A stretch of DNA of 64,000 nt, from NCBI GenBank assembly GCA_964544585.1, contig CAZJBV010000002.1, forward strand, positions 3,468 through 67,467, in the 5' to 3' direction. Origin of the DNA: an uncultured Gammaproteobacteria bacterium (GTDB lineage Bacteria; Patescibacteriota; Microgenomatia; 2-02-FULL-39-11). The position numbers were made by a program, and so were the translations under genes. A model generated the notes under the pieces. It searched no databases, had not been told where the DNA came from, and saw only the letters and a program-made list of their open reading frames with translations. Position 1 is the first letter of the stretch. Every line of letters starts with the position of its first letter. This document shows positions 38,151 through 47,845 of this stretch, piece by piece.

Positions 38151-39078
38151 AAGATTTTGGACCAATAAAAAAGTTCTTATTACCGGTGGCGCTGGATTTC
38201 TTGGTACTCACGTCACCAGATTAGTAAAAGACCTTGGGGGAAATGTCTTTGTCCCCAGATCGAAAGAATATGATTTGAGAAACGAATATCTGTGCCGGAA
38301 AGTTGTTAAAGGAAAAGATATAGTTATCCATCTTGCCGCAAAAGTAGGTGGTATTGGATTTAATATGGCACATCCTGCTGAAATGTTTTATGACAATATT
38401 TTGATGGGGGTTCATCTTATAGAAGAAGCTCGAAAGGCAAAAGTAAAAAAATTCGTCTTACTCGGAACAATTTGTGCATACCCCAAATTCACGCCCGTTC
38501 CCTTTAATGAAGATAATCTCTGGAATGGATATCCAGAAGAAACCAATGCTCCATATGGATTAGCCAAAAAAGCTCTTCTCGTCCAAGCTCAAAGCTATAA
38601 AAGTCAATATAATTTTAATATTATCTATTTGCTCCCAGTCAATTTATACGGCCCGGGAGACAAATTTGATCCCAAAGTTTCTCACGTGATACCAGCAATG
38701 GTACGAAAAACTATTGAGGCAATTGAGAAAAAAAAGAAAGAACTAATTCTTTGGGGAACAGGTCGGGCTACCAGAGAATTTCTTTATGTTGAAGACGCTG
38801 CCAAAGGTATAATCCTTGCCACTGAAAAATATAATAAAACCTATCCGGTAAACTTGGGTTCAGGGAAAGAAATCTCTATTCGAGAGCTAGCAGAGATGAT
38901 CACTCAAATATTAGGATTCAAAGGAAATATTATCTGGGATACGACAAAACCAGATGGTCAACCGAGAAGAAAATTGGATACCAGCCGGGCCCAGAAAGAA
39001 TTTGGATTTATAGCCACAACTAAATTCAAAACAGGGCTCAAAAAAACAATCGATTGGTATTTAAAAAATAAGAAGTAA
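38143..39078 (+). CDS. fcl: GDP-L-fucose synthase
   Basis: HLAAKVGGI..N, GTICAYPK, TNAPYGLAKK, SHVIPA, WGTG.ATREF, KPDGQPRR; start at ATG 38143. Confidence 0.85.
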   Translation: MDKRFWTNKKVLITGGAGFLGTHVTRLVKDLGGNVFVPRSKEYDLRNEYLCRKVVKGKDIVIHLAAKVGGIGFNMAHPAEMFYDNILMGVHLIEEARKAKVKKFVLLGTICAYPKFTPVPFNEDNLWNGYPEETNAPYGLAKKALLVQAQSYKSQYNFNIIYLLPVNLYGPGDKFDPKVSHVIPAMVRKTIEAIEKKKKELILWGTGRATREFLYVEDAAKGIILATEKYNKTYPVNLGSGKEISIRELAEMITQILGFKGNIIWDTTKPDGQPRRKLDTSRAQKEFGFIATTKFKTGLKKTIDWYLKNKK

Positions 39079-40766
39079 TGATAGTTTTAGGTATACATGA
39101 TGGTCATAATGCCGGCGCAGCCTTATTAAAAGACGGAATAGTTTTGGCAGCCATCTCCGAAGAGCGATTAAACAATATTAAAAATTACTCTGGTTCTCCG
39201 CTTCTTGCCATCCAAAAAGTATACGAAATTGCTAAATTAAAACCCCAGGACACAAACCATATTGCTATTGGTTGTCTTGTCAGAGTGGGTCCTCCCTATG
39301 CCGATATCAACCCCCTTGCCCATCTACAAGTCAAAATAGCTCCCTACATTCACTCCCATCTCTTTGCCAAAACTTATGTCAAAATTCTTCATCAATTTCG
39401 CCAAACCAATAGTCTGATCAAATTTTTTAAACAAAGCGGACTCTCCCATATTCCCATCCAATTTGTCGAGCATCATTTGACGCACGCAGCTTGTGCTTAC
39501 TACCAGCGTCCTTGGAAGGATGAAACCCTTATCTTGACCCTTGACGGTTCCGGCGATGGCCTTTGTGCAACAGTATCAGTTGGACGCGGAACCACCATCC
39601 AAAGAATAGCCGAAACCACTTTTTACGACAGCCCTTCCAACAATCTTTATAGCGAAATCACCGGATTCTTAGGCATGAAAAGGTGGGAGCATGAGTATAA
39701 AGTCATGGGCCTTGCTCCTTATGGAAAAGATGACGGATTGATTGACGAGTTTAAAGGAGTAATCCGCATAAATCCTCATAAACCCTTAGAATTTCAAAAT
39801 ACTTACAATGCCTATCTTTACGACGTCACCAAAAAATTGCAAAAAGTATTAGTAGGTAGACGCTTTGACAATATTGCTTGGGCGACCCAGACCTATTTTG
39901 AAGAATTAGTCACAAATTGGGTCAAAAATAGCATTAAAGAAATTGGAGTTCATAAAGTAGTTCTATCCGGAGGTTCTTTCCTAAATGTCAAAACAAACAA
40001 AAAAATTCGCGAGCTTTCAGAAGTTAGGGATGCATTTTTTTATCCAGCAGCAGACGATGGCGGAACACCAGTTGGCGCAGCATTTATTGGTTATATCAGA
40101 GCATGCGTTCAAAAGAGGCTAAAACCTAATCTCTATCCCTTACAAGATTTATACTACGGCAAAAAATGGCACGATAGGGAAATAGAAGAGATAATAACTC
40201 GTACCAAATGGAAAAATAAAGCAGCGTATTTTAAGCAGGGGATCGAAGAACAAATATCACAACTCCTATTAAAAGGAAAAATAATTGCCAGATTTTCGGG
40301 AAGAGACGAGTGGGGTCCCAGAGCACTGGGTAATAGAAGCATACTCGCCGATCCCCGAGATCTAAAAGTCATTCAAAAACTTAATTTTGCCATCAAACAA
40401 CGAGACTTCTGGATGCCTTTTGCCCCTTCCATCCTTAAAAGTGATATAAGAAAATATCTAAAAAACGGTCGATTTTCTCCTTACATGATAGAAGCGTTCG
40501 ATACCACAAAGAATGCTGAGGAAATTATTGCCACTCTCCATCCTTTTGATAAAACGGCAAGGCCCCAAGTCATAAATAGCTGGAACCCCCAATACCAAAA
40601 AATAATCCAAGAATTCAAACGAAAAACCGGAGTGGGGGGGATCCTCAACACCTCATTTAATTTGCACGGATTTCCCATAGTCGGTACGCCAGAAATAGCT
40701 CTTAACACATTTAAAAATTCTGGATTGGACGTATTAGTCTTAGAAAATTGGCTAATCGAAAAATGA
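39078..40766 (+). CDS. O-carbamoyltransferase (NodU/CmcH family)
   Basis: GH..AA, EERL, EHH..HA, DGSGD, EYKVMGLAPYG, GPRALGNRSIL, LNTSFN.HG.PIV. Confidence 0.92.
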   Translation: MIVLGIHDGHNAGAALLKDGIVLAAISEERLNNIKNYSGSPLLAIQKVYEIAKLKPQDTNHIAIGCLVRVGPPYADINPLAHLQVKIAPYIHSHLFAKTYVKILHQFRQTNSLIKFFKQSGLSHIPIQFVEHHLTHAACAYYQRPWKDETLILTLDGSGDGLCATVSVGRGTTIQRIAETTFYDSPSNNLYSEITGFLGMKRWEHEYKVMGLAPYGKDDGLIDEFKGVIRINPHKPLEFQNTYNAYLYDVTKKLQKVLVGRRFDNIAWATQTYFEELVTNWVKNSIKEIGVHKVVLSGGSFLNVKTNKKIRELSEVRDAFFYPAADDGGTPVGAAFIGYIRACVQKRLKPNLYPLQDLYYGKKWHDREIEEIITRTKWKNKAAYFKQGIEEQISQLLLKGKIIARFSGRDEWGPRALGNRSILADPRDLKVIQKLNFAIKQRDFWMPFAPSILKSDIRKYLKNGRFSPYMIEAFDTTKNAEEIIATLHPFDKTARPQVINSWNPQYQKIIQEFKRKTGVGGILNTSFNLHGFPIVGTPEIALNTFKNSGLDVLVLENWLIEK

Positions 40767-41626
40767 AGAAGAGAATAATCCTCACTGGCGCGAGCGGCTA
40801 TATAGGCTCGCAATTTTTGAATCTTAAACCAAAAGAATTTGATATCACGGAAGTTACCCACGACAGGTTGGATATTACCGACAGTAGGCTAGTCCATGAT
40901 TTCTTTAGTAAAAACGATGCTCCGATAGTAGTTCATCTCGCGGCAAAAACGCATATAGACGCCTGTGAAACGGATCGACCGCTAAAAAATATAGGTCAAA
41001 CATGGAAAGTAAACATCCTCGGTACAAAAAATATTATCAAAGCATGCCTTGCATTTAATAAAAGACTTATATATCTTTCCACAGAATGCGTCTTTGACGG
41101 AAGGAAGCCTTTTTACACAGAAAAAGACAATCCACACCCCATCAACTGGTACGGAGAAACTAAAAAAATTGCCGAGGAAATGATTAAAAAAGACATGGAA
41201 AATTATGTTATCCTTCGTTCAGTATTAACATATGGTAACCCAAACAATAATAAAAATGATTTAATTAAAACATTCGCCAGAACATTACAGCAAGGCCGTA
41301 AACTCAAGGCCGTTACAGATCAAAGATTATCGATTACTTACATTGATGATCTTATAAACACGATTCACGCCGTAGTCAACAGCAACATGTCAGGAATTTA
41401 CCATTTCGCCGGCAGTGAAATTTTTACTCCTTTTGATATTGCCCAAATTGTCAAAAGAACTCTCCGCTTAACACATGGAGAAATAGTTCCCGTCACTTTA
41501 AAAGAGTTTTTTAATAATAGGAAGAAATTAAGACTAAGGAATGCCGTTCTTTCTTCGGCTAAAATAAGAGAAAATCTCAATGTAAAAACGACACCGCTCA
41601 AAACTGTACTCAATAGAATTCTTTAA
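40763..41626 (+). CDS. rfbD: dTDP-4-dehydrorhamnose reductase-like SDR
   Basis: TGASGYIG, AA.T..D.CE, ST..VFDG, P.N.YG.TK. Confidence 0.75.
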   Translation: MKKRIILTGASGYIGSQFLNLKPKEFDITEVTHDRLDITDSRLVHDFFSKNDAPIVVHLAAKTHIDACETDRPLKNIGQTWKVNILGTKNIIKACLAFNKRLIYLSTECVFDGRKPFYTEKDNPHPINWYGETKKIAEEMIKKDMENYVILRSVLTYGNPNNNKNDLIKTFARTLQQGRKLKAVTDQRLSITYIDDLINTIHAVVNSNMSGIYHFAGSEIFTPFDIAQIVKRTLRLTHGEIVPVTLKEFFNNRKKLRLRNAVLSSAKIRENLNVKTTPLKTVLNRIL

Positions 41627-41641
41627 TAACATAAAAAATCC

Positions 41642-43078
41642 ATGAAATGGCTTGATAAACTTTTCCTTTTCTCCATTCTTCTCCTCTTTCTTTTTTTGAC
41701 AACACGCAATCTAAAAAAACCATTCTACGGAGCTCACGAATTTAATAGCATCATTTTCCAGGAGGCAGCCAAATCTTATGTTGATTATGGACTACTAAAG
41801 ACTAAACTGGCGCCAATGCCCAAAGCCCCTTTTGAAGATATGTCTCAAGCATATTACTACCTCAATCATCCTATCGGACTTCCTTTGCTTCTCTCATTTT
41901 TCCAAAAAATTTTAGGATTTGACCATTGGGTCGGACGGCTTCTCCCCATTATTTTTTCGTTTGGAAGCCTTATAGTTTACTACTATTTAGTAAAACAGAT
42001 AGAAAAAGGATTCGTCGCTTTCATATCCCTTTTTATTTTTGCCACACTCCCTATTTTTGTTTATTACTCACAAGTTATCGTTCATGAATCTCCCGTTTTA
42101 TTTTTTTACCTCTTAACCACATTTCTTTATTTTTCCAATCGCATCTATTTTCTTGGAAGCCTATTCCTTATGACCCAATTCGGTTGGCCCGGCTATTATT
42201 TCGGAATTATTTTAATCTTTTTGCAATTAATAAAATTCAAGACTATAACAAAATTAACTCTTCTTACCGCGGCAACAATGGCAACTTCCTTAATCATAAC
42301 TCTAACACATTTTATGATTGTCAAAGGTTCACTCTCTTTTCTATTTTCTCAATTTTTAGTCCGTGCAAACATTGTTGCCTTAAACGTCTCATTTCTTGTC
42401 TGGATGAATAAGATACTAAAACACGCTAATAATGGATTTAGCCAAATAGGCATTCTGATCTTCATCATCGCCTTAATATTCACTATCATAAAATGGAAAT
42501 CCCTCGCCAAAAAAGAAAAGGAATTCATTATTCTGCTCTTATTTCTTCCTTTGATCCATATAGCTTTATTTCCCCAAGGAGCGTTTATCCATGATTATTG
42601 GTTATTTTATTTTTCTCCCATATTAGCATACCTTTTCGCCAAAATTTTATATCTCTTTTGGCAGAAAAAAATAATTTTATTGATTATCCTAACCATAATT
42701 CTGACTTTACATACTTACTTAAGTTTCATTAAAATAAGAGACTATTTTACTTTTACTGAAATAACTTTCTATATTTCCTGGGAACAAGCTGAAATAATCA
42801 ATTCCTATATGAGGAAGCAAAAAATAAAAAAAGTTAGCTTATTGACACTGAAACCATCGTTAAATCCCGCCCTTAAATTTTATCTAAAATATCCTTTTTC
42901 TTTTGCTAAAATACCAAAAGATTTAAACAATATAAATATAAATAGAGACAGTGTAAATTTTCTTCTTCTTATAGAAACATTTCCCAGACAAATAGTTGAC
43001 TCAATATGTCAAAAATATAAATGCCAAGTTTTATTGGATAGGGATCTCAATCTTGTCGCCGTTTTGGGAGTTAAATGA
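41642..43078 (+). CDS. GT-C-like (ArnT-type) membrane protein
   Basis: G.HE.N, YLNHP, HES, H..W motifs and multiple TM. Confidence 0.7.
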   Translation: MKWLDKLFLFSILLLFLFLTTRNLKKPFYGAHEFNSIIFQEAAKSYVDYGLLKTKLAPMPKAPFEDMSQAYYYLNHPIGLPLLLSFFQKILGFDHWVGRLLPIIFSFGSLIVYYYLVKQIEKGFVAFISLFIFATLPIFVYYSQVIVHESPVLFFYLLTTFLYFSNRIYFLGSLFLMTQFGWPGYYFGIILIFLQLIKFKTITKLTLLTAATMATSLIITLTHFMIVKGSLSFLFSQFLVRANIVALNVSFLVWMNKILKHANNGFSQIGILIFIIALIFTIIKWKSLAKKEKEFIILLLFLPLIHIALFPQGAFIHDYWLFYFSPILAYLFAKILYLFWQKKIILLIILTIILTLHTYLSFIKIRDYFTFTEITFYISWEQAEIINSYMRKQKIKKVSLLTLKPSLNPALKFYLKYPFSFAKIPKDLNNININRDSVNFLLLIETFPRQIVDSICQKYKCQVLLDRDLNLVAVLGVK

Positions 43079-44253
43079 AAATATTATACGTCATACCACA
43101 TTATTATCCGGCAACTGACTTTGGAGGACCCGTCGTGGCTCTTCATGAGTTGGGAAAAGAACTTCTATCTTTAGGACACGATATCACCGTCTATACAACC
43201 GATGTCTATACCAAGAAAAGACGCGTCACAACTGCCCAAAACATTATTGATGGTATAAAAATACACTATTTTCCCAACATTAGTAATACTTTAGCCTTTA
43301 TATATAATGGATATTTTGCCCCGAACTTCGCCAAAAACTATAAAGATTCGATTGACTCATTTGATCTAGTCCATATACACGAATTTTATTCAATTCTAAA
43401 TTTCCAAGCTGCATATTACGCCGCTAAATTTGGCATTCCCGTTGTCCTCTCGGCCCATGGCAGTTTTACCAAATCTTCTTTCCGCGGGAAAAATATACTG
43501 AAAAATATCTTCCTTTCTATTTTTGGAAACCAGATGTTAAATAAAGTAAATCACTTTATTGCCCTTTCGGATAGAGAATTTTATCAGTATAAAAAATTTG
43601 GCATAAAAGATAATCGTATATCAATAATACCCAACGGCGTCTCGCAAGTTTTAAAAGTAAAAAATAACCTTGGTGAAAAATTAATAACTAAATTAAGAAT
43701 CCCTAAAAACCATAAAATTATTCTTTTTGTCGGTCGACTTCATAAAGTAAAAAATTTAGAGCTTTTAATAGATGCTTTTATAGAAGTCCACAAAAAAGAT
43801 GAAAAAATAAAATTGATAATTGCCGGTCCAGATGCCGGAGAAGAAAAATATTTAAAAGAATATGCCAAAGGTCACGATAAATTCGATAGCACCATTTTTA
43901 CAGGCTTTGTCAATGAACAAGAAAAAGAAGCTCTTTATGAAATGGCAGACGTTTTTGCAATGACATCACATTTTGAAGGGCTTCCCACCGCCGCTCTTGA
44001 AGCATCATCCCATGGACTGCCACTTATATTGACTACATCATGTAGTATAAAAGAGATAATGGAATACTCTGCCGGTTTCATAGTCAAAGAAGATTCCAAA
44101 ATCATTGCTGATAAAATAGATTATCTTCTAAAAAGAGAAAAAACTAGAAAACTTATAGGCAGAAATGGTCAAAGAATGATAAAACAGAAGTTTTCCTGGA
44201 AAATAATAGTTTCAAAATACATTGATCTTTATAACTCTCTATTAAAAAAATGA
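43075..44253 (+). CDS. GT4 glycosyltransferase
   Basis: FGGP, FVGRL..VKN, EGLPTAALEA. Confidence 0.9.
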   Translation: MKILYVIPHYYPATDFGGPVVALHELGKELLSLGHDITVYTTDVYTKKRRVTTAQNIIDGIKIHYFPNISNTLAFIYNGYFAPNFAKNYKDSIDSFDLVHIHEFYSILNFQAAYYAAKFGIPVVLSAHGSFTKSSFRGKNILKNIFLSIFGNQMLNKVNHFIALSDREFYQYKKFGIKDNRISIIPNGVSQVLKVKNNLGEKLITKLRIPKNHKIILFVGRLHKVKNLELLIDAFIEVHKKDEKIKLIIAGPDAGEEKYLKEYAKGHDKFDSTIFTGFVNEQEKEALYEMADVFAMTSHFEGLPTAALEASSHGLPLILTTSCSIKEIMEYSAGFIVKEDSKIIADKIDYLLKREKTRKLIGRNGQRMIKQKFSWKIIVSKYIDLYNSLLKK

Positions 44254-45710
44254 AATATATATTTATCATATTTGTAATATTATTCTCTTTTTTGCGAATC
44301 TCCAGTTTTTCTTCTGGTTATGCCTATTGGGGTGACGATTTTGCCCAATATATTCATCATGCTGTTAACCTCGCTAAAGGAATTAATTATTCCGACACCG
44401 GCTACATATTTAATCTCCAAAGTCCACTCATCGGACCCCAAGTTTATCCTCCCGGCTATCCGATTATCCTGTCTCCCCTTATATTTTTATTTGGACTTAA
44501 CTTCCTCAGCCTAAAAATTCTCAATGTCTTATTATTTGAGATTTTCATACTGATCATATTTTTTCTCACAAAAGAAGCTGCTAAAAACGAAATGCTTGCT
44601 CTATTTATTGCCCTATTTTTACAAACTTCCTCCTCATTTCTTTATCTCGAAACTTGGATCATGCCAGAATTTCTCCTTTTATTATGCGTCTATTTAATGC
44701 TTTTTTTAATTTACAAACTGCAAACGGATAAGTCCAAAAAATCTATCTCGTTGGAAATCTTGCTCTATTTTGTTGCCATACTTACCTCACTTACGCATCC
44801 AATAGGACTGTTGATAACAGGAGGATTGAGTCTCTATACGATTAGTGTGGCAAGGAAGAATTGGATAGTTGGAATCGGACTTTTAATAATCGCCATTCTA
44901 TCGATCATTCTCTACCAGAGGTTGGGAGTTATAGGCTATTACTCTGAAACAAACATCGGATTTAGCTTTTCTTCCCTAAAAGACACTTATTTGGAGAATG
45001 TAATCTATTATTTTCAAGAATTCCGTACTTTCTTAGGAACACCCTTTACAAAACATTTTTCTTTCCTCAATACCTTTTATTCCCTTTTATTTCCGATGAT
45101 TGCAGCTATCTATGCAATCCACTACCTCTTATATAATCGGCGAAGTAGTCTCATCAACCTTCTTTTATTTTTACTTCTCTTTCACACCCAAATTCTTTTC
45201 TTTTGGGATTTTCGCCAAGGGGTAAGATACCTTCTCCCCTCAATCCCCATCATTATCATCTTCTTTTTTCTTGGGATAGAAAAACTAACCAAATTTAAAA
45301 GAAAAATAGCCTTTTTAGGCGTTGCGGTTTTGATATTGCTACAGACACTTCAATCCCGTCATGTTTTAAAGCCAGAATATGATCTTTTTGCCGATAGCAA
45401 AAACCGCCAGTTCCTTTCTTATTTTGCCAAGTTTAATAGAAAAACCGTAGTCGTCTTTGAAAAACCTCGTCTCTTAAGCCTTATGACTCCGGTTTCTTCT
45501 TTGGCAATCGCCGATAGTCTAAAACCTAAAGAAAATCTGGAAATAATTAGAAAAAATAGGACCTGCTTTATTGTCTCTCACAAATTACCAAAAGACATAG
45601 GCGTAGAAAGAGCAATAACTTCTCTTGTCTCCAATACGTCTCTATTTACCAAAGTATTGGAAAATGATGATTTTATCATTTTTAAATTTAGAGACTGCCC
45701 GGAAGGATAG
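44250..45710 (+). CDS. GT-C-like membrane protein
   Basis: WGDDFAQYI..A.NL, YPPGYP, RYLLP; stop codon supplied by the adjacent repeat end. Confidence 0.75.
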   Translation: MKYIFIIFVILFSFLRISSFSSGYAYWGDDFAQYIHHAVNLAKGINYSDTGYIFNLQSPLIGPQVYPPGYPIILSPLIFLFGLNFLSLKILNVLLFEIFILIIFFLTKEAAKNEMLALFIALFLQTSSSFLYLETWIMPEFLLLLCVYLMLFLIYKLQTDKSKKSISLEILLYFVAILTSLTHPIGLLITGGLSLYTISVARKNWIVGIGLLIIAILSIILYQRLGVIGYYSETNIGFSFSSLKDTYLENVIYYFQEFRTFLGTPFTKHFSFLNTFYSLLFPMIAAIYAIHYLLYNRRSSLINLLLFLLLFHTQILFFWDFRQGVRYLLPSIPIIIIFFFLGIEKLTKFKRKIAFLGVAVLILLQTLQSRHVLKPEYDLFADSKNRQFLSYFAKFNRKTVVVFEKPRLLSLMTPVSSLAIADSLKPKENLEIIRKNRTCFIVSHKLPKDIGVERAITSLVSNTSLFTKVLENDDFIIFKFRDCPEG

Positions 45711-45892
45711 AACTTAGTTCAGAACCGATTTCGTAGCGAAAGACCATAGGTTCTCGCGAAATTGGTGAAAAGCGACGAAGGAGTATATGGCAATATACTT
45801 CTAGGAGCTTTGAACCCTGCCTGCCGGCAGGCAGGCAATTGCAGCAGAACATATGGACTTGCAGTAGAAATAAGGTTTTGAAATAAGTTCTA
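45708..45892. mobile_element. 185-bp MITE-like long imperfect palindrome carrying the 20-bp palindrome
   Basis: Ends TAGAACTTAGTTCAGAACC / GGTTTTGAAATAAGTTCTA; arms are complementary over about 65 bp; central GTATA..TATAC hairpin; 20-bp insert at 45816-45835. Confidence 0.8.
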
Positions 45893-45898
45893 ATAAAT

Positions 45899-47845
45899 AT
45901 GTGTGGCATCGCAGGATTATTTGATCTTTCAGGAAAAAATATTGATGGAAAACTACTCCACCGTATGGACACGGCCCTATCCCATAGAGGCCCAGACGGT
46001 CATGGAGAATATATAAACAAAAATGTAGGACTCTCAAATAGACGCCTGGCAATTATCGATCCCAGGCCCGAAGGCAATCAGCCTCTTGCATCCGCTGATG
46101 GAAATCTTGTCATCACTTTCAATGGTGAAATATTTAATTATAGCAATTTACGTAACGATTTAGAAAAATTAGGCTACACATTTAAAACAAAAACAGATAC
46201 GGAGACGATTCTTTTAGCATACCGACATTTTGGTAAATCTTGTGTCGAAAAATTACGGGGGCAATTCGCCTTTTGCATTTATGATAAAAAAAGGCAAGAA
46301 TTATTTCTGGCCCGTGATCAAATTGGCGTAAACCCTCTTTACTATACATTAGTCGGAAAAACGTTCTTTTTTGCTTCAGAATTAAAAGGTATTCTTGCGT
46401 CCACCCTCGTCAAGAAAGAGATAAACATCGAAGCACTTCACCATTTTCTTTCTATGTTTGTCATACCGCAACCATTAACCATTATAAAAGGAGTTTACAG
46501 TCTATTACCAGGCCATTTTATGAAAGTTACCCAAAAGGGGATATCAATACAAAAGTATTATTCTCTTCCGGTAGGAAACGTTGAATACAGTCACTTATCA
46601 TTTGATAATTTAAAAAATGAGTTAAAAAATAAGTTAATTTCCGCAGTTGAAAGAGCAAAAGTTGCCGATGTTCCCATCGGCGCATTTCTTTCCGGAGGAA
46701 TAGATTCTTCTCTTGTCGTCTCTCTTCTTGCCAAAACTACCAAAAAGCTCAAAACCTACAGTATATATACAGAAGGGGAAAGCTATTTCGATGAAAGGAA
46801 ATACGCCCAAAAAGTATCCCAAATGTACTCCACCAACCACCACGAATATACGGTCACTCAACCCGAGCTTGTAAAAGAATTTCCCCAAATAGTTTACTTT
46901 TTCGATCAACCCACAGGTGGCTCTCTTGAGACATACTTTGTTTCCAAATACGCAAGTCGCGATGTAAAAGTAGCTCTGTCAGGACTCGGAGGAGACGAAC
47001 TTTTTTCCGGCTACCACACCAATGTCTTAAATACGCTAAAATTTGCCGGCTTTTATAGGAAAATCCCCACCAAAATTCGCCAAACTTTAATTGACGTCTT
47101 AAAAGCTATCCCTTTAGAAAATCGTATGAAAAAAACTATTACAATTGCCGACAGTTTTCTAAGTCTTCCTACACCCCTCTCGCGACTACTTTTTCTCTAT
47201 TTTACCTTCTCCGAAAGAGAAAAGGATAAACTCTATTCAGCAAATTTTAAAAAAGAAGCAAGGAAATACAACACGGAAAATTACTTCAGCCAAATAGAAA
47301 GGGAAATTCCCACAAAAAATCCGGTTGACTTATTTTCATACATTGACCTCAATTCATATACCCGTGACGACCTACTCACTGGTATGAATATGTCAAGTAT
47401 GTCCCATTCTCTGGAATCACGAGTTCCTCTACTTGATGTAGATCTCCTAGATTTTGCCTCCCGTATTCCCCCAAAATATAAATACTTAAATGGTCAAGGA
47501 AAATATATCCTCAAAGAGACTGCCAGAGAGTATCTTCCAAATGAAATTATAGACAGGAAAAAAGTTGGCTTTGCCATTCCCAGAATTAATTACATGAAAG
47601 ACATGCTTTACCCCCATATTCAAAATGTCTTGCGACCAGAATCCATAAAAAAAAGGGGTTTATTTAGAAGTAAGTATGTCAATAAAATAGTTTCGGATTT
47701 TTATAACCAGTCAAAAGGCAGAATGCTTTGGAGTGAGCATCTCCGCGTCTGGAGTCTGTTTGTATTCGAATTATGGTGTCGACTTTATATAGATAGTAAA
47801 GAAATTAGAAAGCCAACCAGCTCACTAGAAGAATTATGCGCATAA
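45899..47845 (+). CDS. asnB: Asparagine-synthase-like glutamine amidotransferase
   Basis: MCGIAG, HRGPD, NGEIFN, FLSGGIDSS, SGLGGDELF, SLESRVP; context suggests glycan amidation. Confidence 0.9.
   Translation: MCGIAGLFDLSGKNIDGKLLHRMDTALSHRGPDGHGEYINKNVGLSNRRLAIIDPRPEGNQPLASADGNLVITFNGEIFNYSNLRNDLEKLGYTFKTKTDTETILLAYRHFGKSCVEKLRGQFAFCIYDKKRQELFLARDQIGVNPLYYTLVGKTFFFASELKGILASTLVKKEINIEALHHFLSMFVIPQPLTIIKGVYSLLPGHFMKVTQKGISIQKYYSLPVGNVEYSHLSFDNLKNELKNKLISAVERAKVADVPIGAFLSGGIDSSLVVSLLAKTTKKLKTYSIYTEGESYFDERKYAQKVSQMYSTNHHEYTVTQPELVKEFPQIVYFFDQPTGGSLETYFVSKYASRDVKVALSGLGGDELFSGYHTNVLNTLKFAGFYRKIPTKIRQTLIDVLKAIPLENRMKKTITIADSFLSLPTPLSRLLFLYFTFSEREKDKLYSANFKKEARKYNTENYFSQIEREIPTKNPVDLFSYIDLNSYTRDDLLTGMNMSSMSHSLESRVPLLDVDLLDFASRIPPKYKYLNGQGKYILKETAREYLPNEIIDRKKVGFAIPRINYMKDMLYPHIQNVLRPESIKKRGLFRSKYVNKIVSDFYNQSKGRMLWSEHLRVWSLFVFELWCRLYIDSKEIRKPTSSLEELCA

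Noticed and set aside
45688-46052. Two minus-strand ORFs containing CLPAGR
   Set aside because: They span the MITE-like element and lie antisense to asnB; the peptide is simply the palindrome translated.
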